Notes under the pieces: model-generated
Told to the model about the DNA's origin: nothing
Seen by the model: the letters and a program-made list of their open reading frames with translations, nothing else
Databases searched by the model: none
Made by a program: the position numbers and the translations under genes
Virus record (IMG/VR): IMGVR_UViG_3300002854_000002
Coordinates: 1-61,017 of that record
From: a virus
Direction: 5' to 3' (one strand)
DNA length: 61,017 nucleotides
Part shown: positions 33,182 through 41,323 of the stretch, in pieces
Layout of the letters: every line of letters begins with the position of its first letter
How positions within the stretch are numbered: position 1 is the stretch's first letter

Positions 33182-34024
33182 TTGTTTCTACCGCCGATGT
33201 TACTGCAAAAACGTGAAGCCGCATTTGATGATTCCCGCTTCATCTTCGAGCCAAAAATCGATGGCCACCGCTGCATACTCGCACTCACAGACGGCCGCAT
33301 ACGCTTGTATACGCGCCACAATAACGATGTTACGCGCCAGTATCCGGAGTTACATAACGTTCCGACTGACCGCTCTGACCTCATCCTGGACGGCGAAATA
33401 GCGTGTATGGACGGAGAGCCGGGCGCGATTGACTTCGAAGCCGTCATGTCCCGCTTCAAAGCGAAAAATCCCGCTGAAGCAGCCGCTAGGAGTCCGGTCC
33501 ATTTCTACGCTTTCGACGTGCTGCGGATCGGAAGGGAAGACGTGCGTAGCCGCCCGCTGATCGAGCGTAAGGCGTTGCTAAACGAAGTCATGAAAAATAA
33601 CGCCTTCTTCAGCCGCGTGATAAGCGTAGACGGCGTAGGGAAGGCGCTTTTTGACGTGATTAAAGCTCACGCGATGGAAGGCATCGTCGCAAAACGGAAG
33701 GACAGCGTTTATGTAGGCCGTAGGTCTCCGAATTGGCTTAAAGTCATTAATTACACGTACGCTGACGTCGATATTTCGGGCTATAAGCGCGGCGATTTTG
33801 GATGGCTGACGCAGATTGACGGTAAGTATACCGGCGTTATCGAGTTAGCGGTTCCTCCAGCGTATAAGGCGGCCTTTTATAACGTCGTACAACCGCTTGT
33901 GACCGGCCAGGACCGCGAGTATGTTTACGTACATCCGCGTATTAAAGCGCGTGTGAGATTCCGTAACTGGACGAAGCGCGGATTACTGCGGTCACCGGAG
34001 TTCGTGGCGTTTATAACGAATTAA
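33182..34024 (+). CDS. ATP-dependent DNA ligase (LigD ligase-domain-like / SPbeta LigB-like)
   Basis: Adenylation motif EPKIDGHRC, then LILDGEI, FYAFDVL and EGIVAKRKDSVY..GRRSPNWLKV. TTG 33182 lies 8 nt after AGGAGG. Confidence 0.9.
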   Translation: MFLPPMLLQKREAAFDDSRFIFEPKIDGHRCILALTDGRIRLYTRHNNDVTRQYPELHNVPTDRSDLILDGEIACMDGEPGAIDFEAVMSRFKAKNPAEAAARSPVHFYAFDVLRIGREDVRSRPLIERKALLNEVMKNNAFFSRVISVDGVGKALFDVIKAHAMEGIVAKRKDSVYVGRRSPNWLKVINYTYADVDISGYKRGDFGWLTQIDGKYTGVIELAVPPAYKAAFYNVVQPLVTGQDREYVYVHPRIKARVRFRNWTKRGLLRSPEFVAFITN

Positions 34025-34718
34025 AATAGTACGAATAAGTGACATCGTTATATACCGCTTGGACTACGGTAACGTCCGACTCAATTGTAAATCGGAATAA
34101 GGTTGCGTTTTCCTCTGACGCGGCTGGATGCCCTTCGATTTCTTCATCATTGACGTAATAAACAGCGCCGCTATCAACGGGAAGCCTAAAGTCGATAAAT
34201 ATGTCGGAACCTTCCGCTACCTCCGCAACCTCACCGTCATTTAACTCGAAAATTCCGTTTCCATCGCTATTTAAAATAAAGTACTCCGCTACTAAGTCGC
34301 TTTTATACTTCAGCACCGGGCGGTCATCACCTTTATATTTTAGTACTGGACGTGTAGTTTGCGGAGAAGAAGACGCGGAACCTGATGAGTCCGCATCATG
34401 CCCGCTAACTCCTCCGTTACCAAATCCGGCAGCTCCAGAGGAATCTCGGACTTGTGGCGCATTTGATACGCTTTTTGGCGTGCTGTTCCCGTGAGAGACG
34501 CCGCCAGAGCTGAAAGTAGCGGTCGAATGCGGTACGTTTCGGTCCTCAAATTCGGAATGGAACAGGCAGGCAAATAGGAATAGACAAATTAATGACGAGT
34601 TGAAAAGTAGACCAAAGGCTTCTTTGAATCCGTCGTCTCTCCACAACACGTATACGCCGAAAAGAACGCCAATTACTACCGCACTAAATATGACGATCTT
34701 AACTATTTCCCACCACAT
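34011..34718 (-). CDS. Membrane protein with two N-terminal TM segments and a Ser/Gly-rich linker (235 aa)
   Basis: Starts at the internal ATG 34718 (MWWEIVKIVIF...). Duplicated RPVLKYK(G/S)D motif. Confidence 0.55.
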   Translation of the reverse strand: MWWEIVKIVIFSAVVIGVLFGVYVLWRDDGFKEAFGLLFNSSLICLFLFACLFHSEFEDRNVPHSTATFSSGGVSHGNSTPKSVSNAPQVRDSSGAAGFGNGGVSGHDADSSGSASSSPQTTRPVLKYKGDDRPVLKYKSDLVAEYFILNSDGNGIFELNDGEVAEVAEGSDIFIDFRLPVDSGAVYYVNDEEIEGHPAASEENATLFRFTIESDVTVVQAVYNDVTYSYYFNSL

Positions 34719-34723
34719 GCCTC

Positions 34724-34987
34724 TTATTCTCCTTTTGCGTAAACAAACGTACACGCACCGCGTATAAACCGCTCGCCACGAATCTCTACGATATCCTCCG
34801 TTATATCATCAAACGTTACCCGCTCCGTAATTTTATCGATGCGCCCGCTTCCGATTAACTCACCGTCTTGGAATACGAGAACGGCCGCGCGGTCGATCAT
34901 GGCAGTATATAGCGCTATATTAGATGTTATTGGGCGAAATCCTGCGTAAGTTTTCGTTTTCATGACGGTGTAATTCGACATAAACAC
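34724..34987 (-). CDS. Hypothetical protein (87 aa)
   Basis: GTG start with GGAGG 7 nt upstream. Operonic with the membrane protein. Confidence 0.5.
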   Translation of the reverse strand: MFMSNYTVMKTKTYAGFRPITSNIALYTAMIDRAAVLVFQDGELIGSGRIDKITERVTFDDITEDIVEIRGERFIRGACTFVYAKGE

Positions 34988-35008
34988 GCTAATTCCTCCA
35001 TATATTTC

Positions 35009-35049
35009 CGGGCGAAAACAAATAAAACCCTCCGCGTTAGCGCGGAGGG
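35009..35049 (-). terminator. Rho-independent terminator (minus strand)
   Basis: CCCTCCGCG-TTAG-CGCGGAGGG stem-loop, followed on the minus strand by TTTTATTTGTTTT. Confidence 0.7.
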
Positions 35050-35092
35050 GCCGAACGATATGTATTTATTTGAGCTTTCTAAAGGGTAAACC

Positions 35093-35167
35093 TTATGTGA
35101 GATATGTAATAAGAACAAGTGCGACTAACTGAGACATCTTATAGATAAATGTTTGATTATTGCTCAC
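35093..35167 (-). CDS. 24-aa hydrophobic peptide (type I toxin-like candidate)
   Basis: SD GGAGGAGG lies 9 nt upstream of GTG. Sequence (M)SNNQTFIYKMSQLVALVLITYLT. The terminator lies 44 nt downstream. AT-rich context. Confidence 0.3.
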   Translation of the reverse strand: MSNNQTFIYKMSQLVALVLITYLT

Positions 35168-35376
35168 TAGAAAAACCTCCTCCCCAATGTGATAAATAGA
35201 GTGTACCATGGGCAGAAGATATATGTCAATATATAAATATATCATAACCTATTTCTTTTGAAGAAGTCAACACTTTATTATTTTTCAATATTTTATTTCA
35301 ATACTAGACAATACTTACGTACGTATAACCGAGTAGACTTCCTTATTTAACTAACCTCCGTCTGCCTTCGTTAAGA

Positions 35377-35565
35377 TTAAACACTCAATTCCGGATACTC
35401 CGCCTTTAATAACTCGACCGATGCGTATTTTTCCGTCTCGAATACGAGTTTAGCCGGCGCTTTTTCCGTACGGTTCTTAACGATGTGCCCGTAAAATTTA
35501 TCGTTTTTGGCGAAAACCCACATCGTTTTATCCGGCTCGTTTTGTAATGGGTATTTCTCGATCAT
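35377..35565 (-). CDS. Hypothetical protein (62 aa)
   Basis: Intact ORF in the AT-rich cargo region. Confidence 0.45.
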   Translation of the reverse strand: MIEKYPLQNEPDKTMWVFAKNDKFYGHIVKNRTEKAPAKLVFETEKYASVELLKAEYPELSV

Positions 35566-35681
35566 TGTCGCGTCACCTCACGTACATTTTCGGCATTTCT
35601 ACGCTAAATCCTCTATTAAATCGTTGATATACCCATACTTTTCGTCATTAGTTACCTATACGTTATAGGAAGTGACAAAAG

Positions 35682-35711
35682 CGCTATCTCTTCGGAGGTG
35701 GCGTTCTTTTT
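35682..35711 (+). terminator. Stem-loop terminator related in sequence to the int terminator
   Basis: CGCTATCTC-TTCG-GAGGTGGCG followed by TTCTTTTT. It shares ATCTCTT.GGAGGTGGCG with 1318-1341. Confidence 0.5.
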
Positions 35712-35786
35712 GCGCTGGAAAACGAATGAGGCGGCCTATACTCCGCCCGTCCTGCGCTATTTTATCTAGCGGAGGAGTGTGTTTAT

Positions 35787-36302
35787 TTGAATAATGTAAT
35801 CGATCCGGAAACAGGCGAAATTATAGACGTAATTCAATCACGCGGCTATCGAAACGGCACGGATGAGGCGCAGCAGGTGTTAATCACGGTCAAGCCGGGC
35901 GAAACGGTTATGCCGTCTAAGCCGAAGAAGTTCGCCAAGCACGCGGAGTTTACCATGGTATTTCACGGCAGCACGCGCGAATTAGTGCGGTCGAAGAAAT
36001 TAGCTGACGATGAAAAATCGTTGTTGTTTTCGCTGCTTATTTATCTCGACTACGATCAATACGTTAAAGACGAAGATTCATTCTTTTTTAACGTTATACG
36101 AGCCGCCGAGCTTATGGGATGGTCACGTCACCGCTGCGGCCGCGTACTCGAAAGTCTGCGGACTAAACGAATACTCGGTACAACTACGATCGGCCGCGCT
36201 AAATATTACATGTTAAATCCGGCGTTTATCTATCGCGGAGACACGGCGAGCCTGTCCGCTGCCGTTCGGTTATTCGAGCAATCGGCGGAAGATGACGCGT
36301 AA
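35787..36302 (+). CDS. RepL-like winged-helix protein
   Basis: Pattern DDEKSLLFSLLIYLDYD...IRAAELMGWSRHRCGRVLESLRTKRIL....GRAKYYMLNPAFIYRG resembles firmicute RepL. TTG start with GGAGGAG 9 nt upstream. Confidence 0.5.
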   Translation: MNNVIDPETGEIIDVIQSRGYRNGTDEAQQVLITVKPGETVMPSKPKKFAKHAEFTMVFHGSTRELVRSKKLADDEKSLLFSLLIYLDYDQYVKDEDSFFFNVIRAAELMGWSRHRCGRVLESLRTKRILGTTTIGRAKYYMLNPAFIYRGDTASLSAAVRLFEQSAEDDA

Positions 36303-36308
36303 ATAATT

Positions 36309-36390
36309 ACCATTCGTTTCCAATACGGTACGCTAGCGTTCCATTAACGGTATGCTAGCGTACCATTAGAAACGGCAAGAATGGCGTAAC
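36309..36390 (+). repeat. Iteron-like direct repeats downstream of the repL-like gene
   Basis: CCAATACGGTACGCTAGCGTT / CCATTAACGGTATGCTAGCGTA / CCATTAGAAACGG... Each unit contains the palindrome CGCTAGCG or GCTAGC. Confidence 0.6.
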
Positions 36391-37634
36391 GGCGCGGTTT
36401 ATAGCGTTTCTCTCTTCTTATCCCTTAGAAATAACGGATTAAAAGCGAACCGCTGCGGCAAAGAACGCCTAACGGACATTTCGGGACAAAAGGCGTGTCC
36501 CTCATGTAACAATTTATTCAACGTTAGAATTAAACGTTAAAGACGGCCACGTTGTAAATTATCCGGATACGGCCCGGTTTTGGCCGGATTCGAGCAAGGC
36601 CGCTCTTTGGCCGCGTTAGGCTCTTAGGCTCCCGACGATTCAATATGAATCAACGTGAGCAAACGTAATAGAAACGAAGTCGATACCGGATGTTAACGTT
36701 ATAGCTGTAAAGTAACGATTCGGTAACGCATATTCAACGTATAAAACAGCGCTCCTTATTAGAAGCGTAATATTAGCGTGTATTAGCGTTGGGATTCCGA
36801 AAAGGTATATGCGGTTACCAGCGGAAATGTAAGGCGATTTCCCTTACTAATTCAACGTATATACACGGTGCTGAGACGGTGGTAACGTAGTGGTAGCGTA
36901 TAACTACCGCTCTAACGTACGTTTATACCCAACAGAACGCACGGAGCGTACAGCCCTCGGAAACATCGACCCTGTGACGCTTCACCACGATAAAGTGGAT
37001 TGGATCACGTAAATGTCCGTTTGTCAAGCGTTTTCTCTGGAAAAATATCGTACGATTGCGAATGTATATTTATACATATCCGAAATGTCAAGCGTTATTT
37101 TTAAAACGTTAAGAATCCCGTAACCATGCGGCTTTTCAGCGAATGTATATCGTATGCATAACGTTACAAACCGATGTGAGATACGAACCCAGTAACGGCG
37201 CGGATTTCCGGACGAGACATATGTACAAAACTCGTACTTTATTCGTATGTCAACGTATATTTATGCATACTTCTACGCTTTATCGCGGTGAAGTACTGCG
37301 CTGTATCGCGTTAAAGTAAGACGCTTCATCACGTTAAAGCAACGCACTTTAACGGAGTACAGCGTTAAGGGGGCGGGGTGGTCAGCGCGAGGCCGCCGGA
37401 TCTGACGTCCGAACCTTTGCGCCAGATTTCGTAACCTCGGGGTCGAAACGTAGTCGCGCACTGTTAAAATTTTTCGCTACAATTTCGGAGACTCCGGGAC
37501 CAAACGGTAGCGCTTCGTATAAATCACGTAAGAATCACACGGAATTAGCCGCGCCAGCTATCCGGAGGTATAAACGGTCCAACTCAGTATCCAAACGCTA
37601 ATTACACGTATTTTACACGTAAGGAGGACGCTAT
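36391..37634. other. Gene-free, repeat-dense region upstream of terS (candidate pac/cos and late control region)
   Basis: No credible ORF in about 1.25 kb. Repeat families: CAACGTATA / GAATGTATAT (5 copies), AATGTCAAGCGTT (2), TATTAGCGT (2), CGTTAAAG in both orientations (4), and several inverted repeats. Confidence 0.6.
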
Positions 37635-38075
37635 ATGTCAGCATCACGCGCAACACGTATCGAAAAGCTTGCCGGTAATATGACGGCGAACATGATTACA
37701 GCGGCGGAACTACTCGCGGCTAATCGGTTTTTACCGAAAGAGGAACGTTTAACGATCGGCGCAATCGCAGAAGCGGCGGCCATATCCGATAAGCAATTTT
37801 ATAACTGGCGGACGAAAAACTCGGATTTTATAGAGTACGTTAATATCCGCGCTATCCAGGCGTTTAACGCGCACTTACCGGATGTCATGGAAAAACACCT
37901 CGCGATGACAGTCGGCGGCCAAGGGTCGATGAAGGGGATCGAACTCTTTTATAAATTCGGAGGCTACCTCGTAGATAAAACGGAGGACGTAACGGGTTCG
38001 GAAGGCAGCGATCGGGCTGCGCTAGAAGAACGTCTCGCAAAGCTACGGGCTCGCAAGGAAGAATCGGATATTTAA
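37635..38075 (+). CDS. terS: Terminase small subunit
   Basis: N-terminal HTH-like IGAIAEAAAISDKQFYNWRTKNSDF. Directly upstream of terL. SD AAGGAGG. Confidence 0.65.
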   Translation: MSASRATRIEKLAGNMTANMITAAELLAANRFLPKEERLTIGAIAEAAAISDKQFYNWRTKNSDFIEYVNIRAIQAFNAHLPDVMEKHLAMTVGGQGSMKGIELFYKFGGYLVDKTEDVTGSEGSDRAALEERLAKLRARKEESDI

Positions 38076-38162
38076 CGGAAGGAGGCGGACGATACGGCCT
38101 TTGTAAACAACGAATGGTTAACGCGTCCGCTTCGTACGGAACATCTCGCTATTTTACGTGAA

Positions 38163-39788
38163 TTGGACGCGGAATATGGCGGCCTGGACGACTTGACGGC
38201 GCACGATATTACGCAGTGGGAAGACGTGGCGGCTCAGTTAGAACGTATCAGCCGGGTCCAACGCGCCGAGTACGATTTACTCTACTTCGTTTACGAATAT
38301 TTTTCGGAGGACCGAAACCCCGGCAATCCGGATAACTTGATACCGGCCGGCCAGCGCTTCGAGGACGCAGCGGACTTTCACGTAACGTTGTGCTCGCTCC
38401 TGGACTCAATAACGCGCGGGGAAACGGCCGATAACGTAGCGTGGTCGGTGGGGCGCGGCCATGCGAAGACGGCGTATTTATCGAACGCTTACCTTTGCCA
38501 CAAAGTAGCGTATCGGCACAAACGTTATGTCGTGCAGCTATCGGAGACAACAGACGTAGCCGGCGACTTCATCCAGTGGACGCGGAATCAGCTCGTTTTT
38601 AACGAGAAATTGCGTGCTGACTTCGGCGAGCTGCTTTACGCCAAGAAATCGATGAATGATACGGATAACAAATACGAGTTTGTTACGATAAGCGGTACGA
38701 AGGTTGAAGCGAAGGGTATCGGGACGCAGATGCGCGGCCTTCGACATGGAGCGACGCGGCCGGACTTGTTTTTACTCGACGATCTGGAGTCACGCGACAA
38801 TACGAACACGCCGGAATTGCGGGCGAAGAATAAACAATGGTTCCGCGAGGAAATGCTGCCGGCGCTTTCCCGCGAAGGTGCTTGCGTATACATGGGAACG
38901 ATCGTTCATTACGATTCCGTACTCAATTACGTAATCAACGAGCGGCGCGACTTTAAATCGAAGAAGTTTCCGGCTATCTTAACGTGGTCAGAACGAGAGG
39001 ACTTATGGGAACTTTGGCGTGCCATCTACCGGTCGGATATAGCGGATGCGCGCGAAACTGCAGCGGCTTTTTACCGTGAAAATGAAGCGGATATGCTGCG
39101 CGGAACACAAACGTTATGGCCGCAGCGTTTTACGTATTTGGACCTTATGGAAATACGCGAGAATGACGGAGCCAAGGCGTTCAATCAGGAGTATCTCGGT
39201 AATCCGATCGATGAAGAGACGCAGGTTTTTAAGCCGGAAGATTTTACGTTTTATACGGATGAGGAAATCGTGAATATTGATATTCAAACGTTCGCCGCCG
39301 TCGATTTCGCGATGGGTAAAGAAAAAGGCGATTATAGCGCAATCATTACCGTCGGGCGTAGTCCTAACGGTATTTTTTATGTCCTGGATACGTTTATCAA
39401 GCGCGTCCATCCTGACATTTTGCTCGATACAACGGTTGAAAAAACGCTCGCGTATCAGTACGAAGGATTGGCGGTCGAGGCGCAGCAAGCGCAGGAGTGG
39501 TTTGCGGATAAAGTAGCGGAGGCATTGAAGAAACGCGGCTATCCCGCGCAAACACGCTTGAAGCAGATAAAGCAGCGGACACGTAAAGCGCTGCGGATTG
39601 AAGCGTTACTCCCGGATATCCAAGCCGGCCGTATTCGTTTCAAGCGCGACCAACGGCTGCTCCTCGAAATGTTCGAGTTATATCCGAATCATAATCACGA
39701 TGACGGACCAGATGCTTTGTCGATGGCCGTGAACGTCGCGCAGGCAAGCGGCGGATCAGTCCGTACTTCAGCAAAAAGGACGCGCTAG
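38163..39788 (+). CDS. terL: Terminase large subunit
   Basis: ATPase region (GRGHAKT, LFLLDDLES) and C-terminal nuclease (HNHDDGPDALSMA). The start is uncertain: the frame is open from 38076 and the only strong SD (38080-38085) has no canonical start after it. Confidence 0.85.
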   Translation: MDAEYGGLDDLTAHDITQWEDVAAQLERISRVQRAEYDLLYFVYEYFSEDRNPGNPDNLIPAGQRFEDAADFHVTLCSLLDSITRGETADNVAWSVGRGHAKTAYLSNAYLCHKVAYRHKRYVVQLSETTDVAGDFIQWTRNQLVFNEKLRADFGELLYAKKSMNDTDNKYEFVTISGTKVEAKGIGTQMRGLRHGATRPDLFLLDDLESRDNTNTPELRAKNKQWFREEMLPALSREGACVYMGTIVHYDSVLNYVINERRDFKSKKFPAILTWSEREDLWELWRAIYRSDIADARETAAAFYRENEADMLRGTQTLWPQRFTYLDLMEIRENDGAKAFNQEYLGNPIDEETQVFKPEDFTFYTDEEIVNIDIQTFAAVDFAMGKEKGDYSAIITVGRSPNGIFYVLDTFIKRVHPDILLDTTVEKTLAYQYEGLAVEAQQAQEWFADKVAEALKKRGYPAQTRLKQIKQRTRKALRIEALLPDIQAGRIRFKRDQRLLLEMFELYPNHNHDDGPDALSMAVNVAQASGGSVRTSAKRTR

Positions 39789-39811
39789 ATTAACGAAAGG
39801 AGGACGCATAA

Positions 39812-41323
39812 TTGGCGATGATTTCCGCAAGTAATATCGACCGGTTGATTTTCTCACCGCTACAACAAGCGTTAGGGACAGCGACATGGCGGCGTATGTA
39901 CCGGCAGTTCCGCGACTACGATTACTACGGCGGTAAACAGCACATTGACCCGTATACGCTGCAGCTCGTAGATGGGTCAGACCTGCCGAGGCCGAGCGGA
40001 CTCGATTACGACCCGACGCGGTTCTCGACGAACTATTTCAAATCGTTTATCGATAAGAAAGCGCGCTGGTTAATGGGCGGCAAGCACGGTATCAACGTAC
40101 CGGTCGAACAAGATGCCGCCGAAGAGGTCGCGAAAGTAGCGGAAGGATACGAGGCGCTATTATATCAACTCTGGCGCGAAAACAGTATGCGGACATCCCT
40201 TACGAAGGCAGCTCGTGATTATCTGATAGCGCGCCGTGTCGTATGCAAGGTCGTATTTGACACGCAGACAGGACGCTTACGCTGGATTTGGCGGCCGGAT
40301 ACGGAGTTTGTGCCGGTCTACTCGGACGATGATATGACGCTATTAACCGGCGGCCATTTCGTTAGCTCGACGGAGAGAGAAGTAAACGGAGCAACACATA
40401 CGATAATCCGGAAAGAATCGTTTACGCTAGAAACCGACGAAGCCGGCCGGACTATTTGCTTTTACTCTGACGTTGAATATACGGAAGCGCTCGAAGTTTA
40501 CCGCACAATTAGCGCAAAGGCTTCGATGGGAATCGACTTTCTACCGCTCGTTTATATCGCTGTTCCCGGCCTATCTGGCGAAGAGATGGACGTAAGTGAA
40601 ATCGACTCTATGCGCCGAATAACGGACCGGATAAATGCGATGAACGAGGACGCAATCGACGCGCTGAAGTTCGAAATGTTCGCGATGACGGCATTACTCA
40701 ACGTGCCGCCGGGGACAGCGGATAAGGTGCAAATAGCGCCGGGAGCCGTCTTAGAGATCGCACATAGCGGAATGAACAACGAGTCGAAGCCGGACGTTAA
40801 GCGGATCGAGGGCGGCTTCAAATGGTCGGCCGCGTTGGATGCGCAATATAGCCGGTTAAAAGGCGCGCTGCACGAAATAACGTCGCTGCCCAACATTGTA
40901 CCGCAGGAACTTAACTTCGGCGGACTTAACGGTGATGCGCTGCACGTTCTCTTCCAGTCGATCATCCAGGAAACGGAGGAGCATTGGTTCGCGTGGCAGG
41001 ACGCTTTAACGGAGCTGCACGAAAAATCCATACGTTATCTGCAGGCGCGGACGGATCGCGCTATTTTTGCGTACGACAAAGCGCTAATACGGTCGATTAC
41101 GGATTATACGAACGAAATCAAGTTCGTGCTGCCTCTTCCGGATAATCGCGCATCTCTCGTTGAATTGCTGATGCTTGAAACCGGAGCCGGCTTCGAATCA
41201 ATCACCGGAGCCATGACGCGGCTCGGTGTGGAGAACGTTGTTGCGAAGAAGGCAGAAATTGATGCGGAATCAGCAGAACGGCGCGCTACGGAAGATCCTT
41301 ATAACGGAGGTGGAACGGTGTAG
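39812..41323 (+). CDS. Portal protein
   Basis: 503 aa, immediately after terL. Size and position are typical of SPP1-type portals. Confidence 0.7.
   Translation: MAMISASNIDRLIFSPLQQALGTATWRRMYRQFRDYDYYGGKQHIDPYTLQLVDGSDLPRPSGLDYDPTRFSTNYFKSFIDKKARWLMGGKHGINVPVEQDAAEEVAKVAEGYEALLYQLWRENSMRTSLTKAARDYLIARRVVCKVVFDTQTGRLRWIWRPDTEFVPVYSDDDMTLLTGGHFVSSTEREVNGATHTIIRKESFTLETDEAGRTICFYSDVEYTEALEVYRTISAKASMGIDFLPLVYIAVPGLSGEEMDVSEIDSMRRITDRINAMNEDAIDALKFEMFAMTALLNVPPGTADKVQIAPGAVLEIAHSGMNNESKPDVKRIEGGFKWSAALDAQYSRLKGALHEITSLPNIVPQELNFGGLNGDALHVLFQSIIQETEEHWFAWQDALTELHEKSIRYLQARTDRAIFAYDKALIRSITDYTNEIKFVLPLPDNRASLVELLMLETGAGFESITGAMTRLGVENVVAKKAEIDAESAERRATEDPYNGGGTV

Noticed and set aside
37273-37461. 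62-aa minus-strand ORF in the terS-upstream region
   Set aside because: It has no SD, is Arg-rich, and is embedded in repeat-dense noncoding DNA.
36303-37634. A CRISPR array
   Set aside because: The repeats are short (8-13 bp), belong to several different families, are irregularly spaced and include inverted copies. This is not a repeat-spacer architecture.
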